A DNA stretch of 64,000 bases, taken from contig NC_090603.1 in NCBI RefSeq assembly GCF_000497125.1, positions 558,001 through 622,000 on the forward strand, in the 5' to 3' direction. Source of the DNA: Spironucleus salmonicida (lineage: Eukaryota). Position 1 is the stretch's first letter, and every line of letters begins with the position of its first letter. The position numbers were made by a program, and so were the translations under genes. Under the pieces are notes generated by a model. The model saw only the letters and a list, made by a program, of their open reading frames with translations. It did no database searches and had not been told where the DNA came from. Positions 26,963 through 36,418 of this stretch are shown here, piece after piece.

Positions 26963-28552
26963 ATGCGAAAATTATAATTTTAAGATAAACGATTCTATGG
27001 ACAGCTGAAGCAGAACCTAGTCAATGGCTATGGTGTAATGCATACGTCAGAATTTACCTACGATGGCTATTTTTTGCATGGTGAGTTTCACGGTTTAGGC
27101 TCGTTAAATGTGAAAGATCACTATTTTTACAGAGGGAATTTCATCAATGGAAGTTTTCAGAACCATGGATATTTGCTATCCTACAAGAAAAACATAGAGT
27201 ATGAAGGAGAATTCATCACAGGCCAGATGCACGGATTTGGCCGCCTAAAACGCAAAAACATATATTTCGAAGGCCATTTCAATCAAAACCACTACCATTT
27301 CGGCCTAATCAAAGACGACTCAGGCGCCCACCCGTTCAAATTCCTTGGCTCGTTCAGGCAAAATAAGCCCCACGCAGGGTGCCTCTGGACCACAATTAAC
27401 GACCAGAAGGTCAAAATCCAAACTACGTTCTCCACCGACCTGGTTCCGGCCCAGCAGGGGCTCATTTCCACGCAACGCTACAAAATCCTCTACGATACCT
27501 ACCAATCAAGCGAAATTTGCACCGTTTTCAAGTTCCTGGAAATCCTGCTCTCCCGAAGCGCGCAGGACATCAGCATCGCTCCATCCGGCGATTTCCGGCT
27601 CTAGCAACAGAGAATCAGCATCAACGTCAGGAAGACGTTCCCGAATGGCGCATTTTACGTGGGAAACACCGTGAATCTGGTCCCCGAAAACACCGGAATC
27701 TTCTACTTCGGCCGGACGGACTGTCTCGTGGGGCAGTTCTACAATGGATTTTTTCAGTGCGGCCGCACAGAATTCCGCGTCGGGAACGCCGTTTTCGTGC
27801 AGACGCGGTTGATGGCAAAGTTTAAGCGGGCGCAAATTCAGTTCCTGGACCGGCCGCAGACGACCGCGTTCCTGCGGCAGCGCGATGGTACAGGGGATGA
27901 GCTGGATGACAAAATCGTAGGGCAGCTCTCGTTCTCGCTCAGGAACGGGTTGCAGCGCGACTGCGCGCGGGAGGCACTGCCGACAGTCATCAACTACTGC
28001 GCGGAGGGGATTGATTTCCAGGGTGAGGTAGCACCGCGCGCGATGCGGACCTGTAAAATTAGGGCAGGGAGCGCGCTGGTCGAAGCTGAGTTCAGCGGTG
28101 GTGTTTTGAACGGAAATTGCGTCATTTAGAAAAATTCGATTTACGGGTTTTGCTTTTTTAGGAGTGGGAAAAAGGAAGGGAGAGCGGAGTGGAGACACAA
28201 AAATTTCGTATATTAATTTGATTATTAAAATGATATAATAATGTAAATGCGGTTAGTTGATATTTAGAGTGGTGAGTTTGTGATTTAGAGCTTGACGCAG
28301 CGTGTTTTGGCGCTGGGGACCAGTGAGGGGTGTTTGGTGGTCGGGCGGGTTGATTCCGGGGTGGCGGTATTGTACAAAAATGCAGCTTTTGGGTACGTTT
28401 TTAAGCGGGCTTTGGAGGATTTGCGCTGGGTAAGCCTACAAAAGGTGTTGATTAACGACGATGAGGTTGTTTTGGAAAATGGAGATCTGAGATCAGGATT
28501 CTGGTGCCTTCAAACTTAAGACTTGAAGTGTAGTATAGCAGAGATCGAGTGA
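26963..28552 (+). CDS. MORN-repeat protein (529 aa)
   Basis: YDGYFLHGEFHGLG, YRGNFINGSFQNHG, YEGEFITGQMHGFG repeats; joins track ORFs 27038, 27659 and 28292; stop GAGTGA. Confidence 0.85.
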
Positions 28553-28570
28553 GAGATGCTAGACAAAATC

Positions 28571-28789
28571 TCACTTGGTGGGGTACCGTTGCATTAGAAT
28601 CTGGCTTGTAGCGTCAATGTCGTCCTCGTGGTTTGCCCCACGGACTGAAAATTCGAAAATTTAGGACGATCCCTGCATTGAACTTTTTTGGAAAGCTTTC
28701 AGACGAATTAGCTGGTTTGCGTCAGGTTTGGGTGCTAGTTTTCGTTGCAGATCACCAGAGTTATCTAGAAACTAAGATACTGCTCCCAT
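28571..28789 (-). CDS. small hypothetical protein (72 aa), MG start
   Basis: MGAVSQFLDNSGDLQRKLAPKPDANQLIRLKAF...QRYPTK*; ends in AAGTGA, 18 nt from the convergent MORN stop. Confidence 0.55.
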
Positions 28790-29125
28790 TTACAGTTTGT
28801 ATAAATTTGGATTTGATTGTATATTAGTTATCCTATTCAATATTGTTTTAGTTCATATTTTGTAATTATAACAGAAATATATTGTCGATAAAATTTATCT
28901 AGATGGATTATTTCTAATGTTTAGGTAAGCATCAAATTAGTTTGTAGTATAACCGGCCGTTTTTAAATTTAATAGTTTTGCTAAAATATATATAAATTTA
29001 ACGAAAATATAACTATACTAGATAAATATTATATAATAATTATATTAGATCATTAGTGTGCAGTTCTGTTAAGTTATTAATATATATAATTTAAGGCTTA
29101 TTCGTCCACTCCAAATTATCGAGTT

Positions 29126-29329
29126 ATGGAAGCGACGAATACCATTAAAGAATAGACTGAGTAGGATTTAGTAGCTAATCTATCAAAATAAATAACTTAA
29201 CTTAAAAAAGAATCGCACGAACTGAAACTAGAAAATAAATAGCTTGCTGATGAAAACCACGAGATCAGAATGAGGACTGGTTTTATAGGACATGATTAGG
29301 GTTAATCGTCATTCTCAACTGCAGATTGA
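29126..29329 (+). CDS. small coiled-coil protein (67 aa)
   Basis: MEATNTIKEQTEQDLVANLSKQITQLKKESHELKLENKQLADENHEIR...; heptad pattern; C-rich tccactcca upstream. Confidence 0.6.
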
Positions 29330-29466
29330 TCCTTTGGAGTTATTAATTTTCCTATAAACGTAAATTGTTAAATTTTAATTTTTACTTTCCTTAAATTTTT
29401 TATCTTGTTTATATTTATTATATATAATTTTAAACAAATATATATTCCTCTCCAATTTTTTTAAAA

Positions 29467-30123
29467 ATGCTGAAAATGCATCAAACTACTATTCAAGCCT
29501 CTATGGAACTATTCCTAGATGCTGTTTCGTAGCAAAATTTTTAGCTAGTTAGTGCACTTTTAAATGATTCTACAATTTAACTTTCGAAGCAAATTTTCGT
29601 ACCACCACCACTCTTTATTGCAGCACAACGAAGTAATCCAAAACTTCTATTAATGTTATTAAAAGGTAATTTTCCTCCAAATATTACAGATATATCAGTA
29701 TAACATGGAACAATTCTACACTTTTTTGCTTCATAAAATTAAATTGAAATGACTAAAATTGCAATGGATAATGGTGTTGAATTAGATATGCTTGATGCTA
29801 ACAAGTAAACCGCGTTAATTGTTGCTATACGCAAAGGTCACGTGGATTTGGCAAAGCTGTTAATCTAAGGTGGAGCGAATATGGAGCTGCTGGACGCGCA
29901 GTGCAAGAGCGCGTGGTTCTGGGCGAAGAGCCAGCAGCTGGAGGACCTGCTGAAGCTGCTGCCCGAGATCAAGTACAGCTGGGAGGATGCGCACCGGGCG
30001 CAGCAGGACGGCTGCCGCAAGGGGAGCGCGGCGCTGGTCTGGAACGCGAGCGCGGGGACGAAGACGCAGAAGAACCCCTTCGCGAAGAAGGCCAAGAAGC
30101 CCAAGGAGCCCAAGAAGAAGTGA
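29467..30123 (+). CDS. ankyrin-repeat protein with Lys-rich tail (218 aa)
   Basis: PPLFIAAQRSNPKLLLMLL, GTILHFFA, DANKQTALIVAIRKGHVDLAKLLIQGGANMELLD; continues into track ORF 29881-30123; stop AAGTGA. Confidence 0.85.
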
Positions 30124-31081
30124 GTTTGGCGGGTTGATTTGCGGGCCTCCCGGTTTCTGCGTTTCGGAAGGGAGCGCCCGAACCACAAAAGGGGATCGCG
30201 CCCAATACCGCCCCATATCCCCCTCGCGCGCTTTCCGAATTCTGAATACAACTGGGCCCGACTTCTCTGGCAGCATACGGCAGAATACCCGGCCGACTTA
30301 AGTCCCCTCCACCAATGGGAGCCTCCGCCGCCGACTGGTTCAACGCCGCGTCCGAGGGCGACGTGTCGCAGCTGCGCCGCCTGCGGAGCTTCGGCCTCGC
30401 GGACATGCTCGAGGACGCCCCCATGCGCGGCTTCGCGGCCGTCCACTACGCCGCGCTCTTCCGCCGCGCCGCCGCCCTGGAGTTCCTGGCCGCGCACGAG
30501 GGCGCCCGGCTCACGAGCTGCCACGCGAAGCTGCGCATCCGCGAGGGCCGGCAGGTGGTCTTCCCGCCGGGCATGTCCTACCAGCACGTCCTCGCCGCCA
30601 CCGGCCAGCTCGACGTGCTCCAGCGCCGCCTCGACCTGGACGGCGTCGTGCCCGGCGCCTTCCCGCTGCTGTCCGTGCTCGCCGTCGTGGGCAACGCGCC
30701 CTTCATCCGCCGCAACCTGCCCGCGCTGCTGGACGACGTCTGCTGCGCCCCGGGGCTCTGCACGAACCCAGCCGTGATCGCCGTCGTGCTCGGGGACCGC
30801 AAGCTGGTGCACACGCTCCTGGAGCAGCCCCACGCCGCAGCCGCCTGGATGCGCGCCGACGCCCAGCAGCGCCTCGGGGACCACAGCCGCACCTTCGAGT
30901 TCCACCAGCTCCGGCCGCTGTTCCGCGGCTTCCTGGAGTTCGACAACGCGAAACAGGCGCTGTGCTCCAGCCCGCGCGCCGCGGCCAGCATCCCGGCGAT
31001 GCGCAGCTTCTGCCTCGCCGCCCAGTGAACACCACACCTCACTCGAACGCCTCCGCCTCGCGTACCAGCGCATCGATCCAG
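29882..31081 (+). repeat. 1200-bp GC-rich segment, copy 1 of an inverted duplication
   Basis: Reverse complement of 34598-35797 (paired coordinates sum to 65679); only two differences seen (C/T at 30312 and 31036), both outside the real CDS. Confidence 0.95.
30315..31028 (+). CDS. single-module ankyrin-like MG-start protein (237 aa)
   Basis: MGASAADWFNAASEGD...GFAAVHYAALF...FPPGMSYQHVLA; same family as 15121, 16683 and 56730; stop CAGTGA. Confidence 0.9.
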   Translation: MGASAADWFNAASEGDVSQLRRLRSFGLADMLEDAPMRGFAAVHYAALFRRAAALEFLAAHEGARLTSCHAKLRIREGRQVVFPPGMSYQHVLAATGQLDVLQRRLDLDGVVPGAFPLLSVLAVVGNAPFIRRNLPALLDDVCCAPGLCTNPAVIAVVLGDRKLVHTLLEQPHAAAAWMRADAQQRLGDHSRTFEFHQLRPLFRGFLEFDNAKQALCSSPRAAASIPAMRSFCLAAQ

Positions 31082-32601
31082 CCGAAGCGAAGCTCCAGGT
31101 CATCCACGTCGCGGACCATGCCCTGCAGGTCCACGCCATCGAACTCCCGCCAACGCTGCCCAAGCGCCCGCATCTCCGCGTACACCGCCTTGATCCCATC
31201 CAGGACCTAATTTACGAGGTTTGGAAGTGCATTTTCCTGCAGCTCGGGCTGCTAGGTGGCCGCCGAAACTGCTGCATTTTCAAGCTATTCTTCTCTTGGC
31301 GCTTCTGCAGTTTCTTCAATTCGCTCAGTTTTCACTCCTTCATCCTCAGCATCAAGTTTACTACAACTTTTGCCTTCCAATTCAATCAAATCCATTTTTC
31401 GTTCCCTTTTTTTCGCACACTCGCCGCAGAATTTGCCCAGTTCGCTGATTATGACGCAATTTCTGCAAAAGATTCTCCCGCAGGTGCGGCAGTGCGACCT
31501 GCGATTTTTGAAGGTAAATTGGCTCTCGCAGGCCCTGCAGAACTTCACAAAGCAGTCCAAATCGACGCATTTCGTCAGTTTGCAGACCTTCACGGCGTTC
31601 AAATAGTCCCTGCGGTAGCGCAATTCCTCTGGATTTCGCGGTCTGAAATCGCTCCCGAAGAGCAAATTCAGCCAGTTTTCGTCGTTAGAATTGCAGAGAT
31701 CCAAGAGCGTGCGGTCCTTCGAGTCGCAAATATCGATGTCCGAGCCGTAAAAAATGAGTGTTTTTGCCGATTTCAATTTGTTCAGTTTCGCTGCAAAAAT
31801 CAGCGCAGAATCTCCCTTGTAGTTCACACGGTCTTCTGCGCCGTATTTGCACATTAGTGCAATTCCATTTTCATTTAGATTTTCCACTCCAAAGTGAAGC
31901 GCGCCTTTTCCTTGTTCGAATTGTTCGTTAAAGTCCATATTTAGCGTTTTGCATACATTAACAGAGGCTAGCGAGGATGCGAATTTCAGAAAATTCGTGG
32001 TCGCGCCAGAGAGATTCAGGGAGATAATTTGCGTGAAATTGGTGGGAGCGGAAAATTTTAAAGGAACGGAAAGGGAAGAAAAAATTGAATTTGTGAGATA
32101 CGAAATTGGTGGAATAATAAAAGGGATTTACGTTGGTTTTGACAAAATCAGGCAAATAAAAATTAATTTCACGTTGGAAACTTGAGTCAGAATTTGAAGA
32201 GGCGATAAGTTCTTACGATTTTATTGGAAAACTACTGAGTGAAAAATCTATAAAAAGTTGGGAAAGCAGTCTAAGAGCTGAGTAAAAAGGTGCATAACTA
32301 ATTTTTCCAAGTTCTGTTTTGGAGTATCCTGGTATATTCCTTATGGAGACTATAGCAGAGAGAAAAGTATATGTAAAACATTGTTTCCATCAACATCCTG
32401 TGTTTCTAGGCCTACATTAAACTGTGATGCCTATCCAAAAAAGATTTTAATTGTTTAGAAAGTTATCGCTTTCGTAATGTTCAGCGATGATAGAATTACT
32501 TCATTCGACGAATTAATTGGGGTATTCCTAAGAATAGTTTCATGTTAAAGGAGTAGTGTGTGCAGAGGTAGATTTTCTTAAATTAAATCGTATATATTCA
32601 T
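31039..32601 (-). CDS. ankyrin-repeat and FYVE zinc-finger protein (~520 aa)
   Basis: DVDGNNVLHIL and GDSALIFAAKLNKLKSAKTLIFYGSDIDICD ankyrins; CRACESQFTFKNRRSHCRTCGRIFCRNC...CGEC FYVE; table-6 extension to TGA at 31039; start uncertain (further in-frame ATGs upstream, e.g. 32637, 32697). Confidence 0.85.
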
Positions 32602-32820
32602 TTTTGCTAGTTCCAATTTAATTAAATAACACTACATAATAATACTAGTGAATGGTGCAAAAATTAAAAACATTCTTATTTTTTAACTAAATACCATAAT
32701 GAGTATAAACACCAATAGTTTGTATACTAATATACAATAAATCATAGTATAGTTGATTATTATTGATAATTTTTAAGTTAATAATTAATAATATATATAT
32801 TAAAGCCTAATGTTATTAAA

Positions 32821-34416
32821 ATGATTTATTCTTAGTCCAAGAGTATTTTAATATAAAAAGAAGAGCTATATTAGTATAATTAACATACAAAAACACTTGC
32901 TTTGTACTCTGTTAGTAAGTAAAAACTAAGACTAAAATTATATAATGATGATGGGGATAAAATACATGAGTAATCAGTACCATATGTCTAAATTAGTAAT
33001 CGCTTTAATTTCGCATACGTTCCCTAACAGAATTATGAATTTCTTTCATACCAAATTAACGACAATACTATAGTTGTTTATAAGAATCCTTAATTTAAAT
33101 TAAAAATAATGCATTCAAGATTGTTAACATATCAGATTATTGTTGATTTTTTCTGGATAGAATAGAATATTTTATGTGTTGTATATTAAGATTGTATTTA
33201 TGTATACACTATTTTATTTTCTGATAAGGAAATAACTACACCTTAAATATTTAACAAAGAAAAAATTAATTATAATGGGATTTATACTACATATACTTAT
33301 TCTCAAAAAAGTATTGGTATAGTATTACAAAACGAATTACTTTTAATCTGTCTAAAAACTTTTAAAACCTAAATTATAAATATCTTCACTATAAGTAATA
33401 TACTACTATGGGATTAGCCAACATCAATAAAATCAAGTGGTTTAACAATAGATGAAAATTCAGATTTAAAGTTCACTATTGCAGCAAAATAATTGAATAT
33501 ATTTAATTCAACAATAATAATTTTATGCTCTAAAACATAACTACATTTGTATTCACAACAACACAAAAAGTTTGTATAAACATACCCACTGCCTCTTCAC
33601 GATAAATTTTAAGTAAGCATTGATAGTGGAATTTTATCTCTATACTCTTAGTCTCTATTAATGTAATTTAATCTTGTTACTAAATATGGTGGCATACCTT
33701 AGTTTTCACCAGTACTAACAAAGATCACCCCATGTAATATTGTTAATAATATTATTGCTAATGATAATTGTATTAGCATAATTAAATTTGATGTCAAATC
33801 TTTGTTAAACGTTCTTCCATAACCAAATTCTATAAATAATATCAATTATATTCTTCTTTTCATGCAATATCGTTAGTATTAGTATAAAAATTTAGTTGAT
33901 TCTTAGTTTACTAGTTATCTTAATGATTAACAAAGTAGTATCTTTTAATTATTTAAAAATCTTCTATAGTTTACCATTGAACTGTAATTATATAAGCTTG
34001 ACAAAAATATTTCTGTATTTCCAGATTTTAGCTCAAGAGCAAATTTATTCGAAGTTTAAAACATTATTTAAGACCCAGAAACTTATAAAATAAAGATAAT
34101 GCATAATATATTTTAATTTTCAAGATGTTACTACATTAATACAGATGATCTTATTCATACTATCAATGCAATTAAATAAGAAGGGCTTCGAAAAATGGCA
34201 ATAATATCTTTATTATAGAGTGTTATTGAATTAGGATTAATACCTAATTAGTCACTTTTTTCGTTATTAGATATTTTTAGTGTATAGGAACTTACATTTC
34301 TAGTTAAAATATTCACCCCATCTACTCCTATTATGTTAGCGTTATTGTAGTTTAAAGATGTAGGAAAAGTTAATATTGGAAAACGGATTTAAAAAGATTT
34401 TAGCTCAATTGAATGA
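32821..34416 (+). CDS. second RMC1/Mic1-like protein (531 aa)
   Basis: Continuous table-6 frame; IIVDFFWIEQNILCVVYQDCIYVY parallels the motif in 17525-19156; similar length and helical C-terminus. Confidence 0.6.
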
Positions 34417-34597
34417 AAAGTAAATATATTTTTTGGTCTATTCATATTTTGTAATTGTTTGAATTATATATCCACATCAATAATAGTTTTAGTAGGGCAA
34501 ATAGTTTTAGAATAAATATCAAAAAAAAGAACCATATCATAGTGCCAGAGATCTGAGAAATACTTAAAGCATATAATTTAATAATCACTATTAAGTA

Positions 34598-34640
34598 CTG
34601 GATCGATGCGCTGGTACGCGAGGCGGAGGCGTTCGAGTGA
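34598..34640 (+). pseudogene. duplicated last 14 codons of the ankyrin-FYVE gene
   Basis: WIDALVREAEAFE* identical to 31039-31080; upstream in-frame TGA and no ATG. Confidence 0.8.
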
Positions 34641-34650
34641 GGTATGGTGT

Positions 34651-35364
34651 TCACTGGGCGGCGAGGCAGAAGCTGCGCATCGCCGGGATGCTGGCCGCGG
34701 CGCGCGGGCTGGAGCACAGCGCCTGTTTCGCGTTGTCGAACTCCAGGAAGCCGCGGAACAGCGGCCGGAGCTGGTGGAACTCGAAGGTGCGGCTGTGGTC
34801 CCCGAGGCGCTGCTGGGCGTCGGCGCGCATCCAGGCGGCTGCGGCGTGGGGCTGCTCCAGGAGCGTGTGCACCAGCTTGCGGTCCCCGAGCACGACGGCG
34901 ATCACGGCTGGGTTCGTGCAGAGCCCCGGGGCGCAGCAGACGTCGTCCAGCAGCGCGGGCAGGTTGCGGCGGATGAAGGGCGCGTTGCCCACGACGGCGA
35001 GCACGGACAGCAGCGGGAAGGCGCCGGGCACGACGCCGTCCAGGTCGAGGCGGCGCTGGAGCACGTCGAGCTGGCCGGTGGCGGCGAGGACGTGCTGGTA
35101 GGACATGCCCGGCGGGAAGACCACCTGCCGGCCCTCGCGGATGCGCAGCTTCGCGTGGCAGCTCGTGAGCCGGGCGCCCTCGTGCGCGGCCAGGAACTCC
35201 AGGGCGGCGGCGCGGCGGAAGAGCGCGGCGTAGTGGACGGCCGCGAAGCCGCGCATGGGGGCGTCCTCGAGCATGTCCGCGAGGCCGAAGCTCCGCAGGC
35301 GGCGCAGCTGCGACACGTCGCCCTCGGACGCGGCGTTGAACCAGTCGGCGGCGGAGGCTCCCAT
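34651..35364 (-). CDS. identical duplicate of the 30315-31028 ankyrin-like protein
   Basis: Track translation identical (237 aa); upstream region duplicated too. Confidence 0.88.
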   Translation of the reverse strand: MGASAADWFNAASEGDVSQLRRLRSFGLADMLEDAPMRGFAAVHYAALFRRAAALEFLAAHEGARLTSCHAKLRIREGRQVVFPPGMSYQHVLAATGQLDVLQRRLDLDGVVPGAFPLLSVLAVVGNAPFIRRNLPALLDDVCCAPGLCTNPAVIAVVLGDRKLVHTLLEQPHAAAAWMRADAQQRLGDHSRTFEFHQLRPLFRGFLEFDNAKQALCSSPRAAASIPAMRSFCLAAQ

Positions 35365-35555
35365 TGATGGAGGGGACTTAAGTCGGCCGGGTATTCTGCC
35401 GTATGCTGCCAGAGAAGTCGGGCCCAGTTGTATTCAGAATTCGGAAAGCGCGCGAGGGGGATATGGGGCGGTATTGGGCGCGATCCCCTTTTGTGGTTCG
35501 GGCGCTCCCTTCCGAAACGCAGAAACCGGGAGGCCCGCAAATCAACCCGCCAAAC

Positions 35556-35797
35556 TCACTTCTTCTTGGGCTCCTTGGGCTTCTTGGCCTTCTTCGCGAA
35601 GGGGTTCTTCTGCGTCTTCGTCCCCGCGCTCGCGTTCCAGACCAGCGCCGCGCTCCCCTTGCGGCAGCCGTCCTGCTGCGCCCGGTGCGCATCCTCCCAG
35701 CTGTACTTGATCTCGGGCAGCAGCTTCAGCAGGTCCTCCAGCTGCTGGCTCTTCGCCCAGAACCACGCGCTCTTGCACTGCGCGTCCAGCAGCTCCA
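35556..35797 (-). pseudogene. truncated 3' part of the 29467-30123 ankyrin gene
   Basis: ELLDAQCKSAWFWAK...PKKK* retained, but an in-frame TGA lies a few codons upstream of the breakpoint with no ATG. Confidence 0.8.
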
Positions 35798-36418
35798 GGT
35801 TAGTAAAAAATCACGTTAATAGAATGCCAGAAAATCGGATTGGACAACAAAACTTATTTTATCAAATTATTATATAAAGTTCACTAAGTAATTTTTAGCA
35901 TTCTTCGCTCAATAAAATTTAGATTTTTAATTAAAATACAGTTTAATCGTTATGGTTATTGAAGTAAATTTATAAATATTTTTATTAATATAACAGTATT
36001 AGATTTATGTAACATACCAGAATAATAATTTATATATAATTCTTATTATAATATCATAAAAATTATACCAGTTTTCGTTTAAATAAATTTGATTATGCTG
36101 TTAAAATATATATTAAATTAAACACATTGGTTTAGATAATATAATTCCTATACTTTGGTATTTATTTAAAAAGTATAAACGTATTCAAAAATAACCTAGA
36201 TGCACTAGTTTGAACATTAATTTGTAGTTCGCTTATTTTTATTCTTAGTTATTTTTTATAAATTTAGCTTCATCTTATTAATTATATAAATTATATATTA
36301 ATTTTATTATATCTTTAAAAATACTAATAAATATAAGCAATATTATTATAGTATTTTTGTTTACAATAGCCAAGTAATAAGAATAATATATATTGATCGT
36401 TAATTAATACTTTTCATA

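Larger units (their letters stand above)
34598..35797 (-). repeat. 1200-bp GC-rich segment, copy 2 (inverted)
   Basis: Abrupt AT-to-GC borders at both ends; near-identical to 29882-31081; no target-site duplication seen. Confidence 0.95.

Noticed and set aside
29865-31199. 444-aa minus-strand ORF and other long overlapping ORFs in the duplicated segment (30139-30777, 34606-35367, 34902-35540, etc.)
   Set aside because: Shadow frames of high-GC3 genes; the MGASAADWF frame has family homologues in the window and the codon bias
16683-31200. GC-rich patches as bacterial horizontal transfer or contamination
   Set aside because: They continue in frame into AT-rich host genes, occasionally use TAG as Gln, and encode members of the same families as AT-rich paralogues
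34442-34597. Hydrophobic minus-strand ORF tail as the remnant of a gene split by the duplicated arm
   Set aside because: Joining the two flanks gives an open stretch but no ATG before an upstream TGA; AT-rich DNA readily yields such frames under table 6
29882-35797. Composite transposon or IS-like interpretation of the inverted repeats
   Set aside because: Arms consist of ordinary host gene sequence; no transposase, terminal repeats or target-site duplication
35793-36017. Possible minus-strand intron: GTATGTT at 36017 and ACTAACCTGGAG ending at 35793, at the duplication border
   Set aside because: Resembles diplomonad splice signals, but splicing from the nearest ATG joins the wrong frame of the ankyrin fragment and the 3' motif is a poor consensus match; RT-PCR would be needed to revive it
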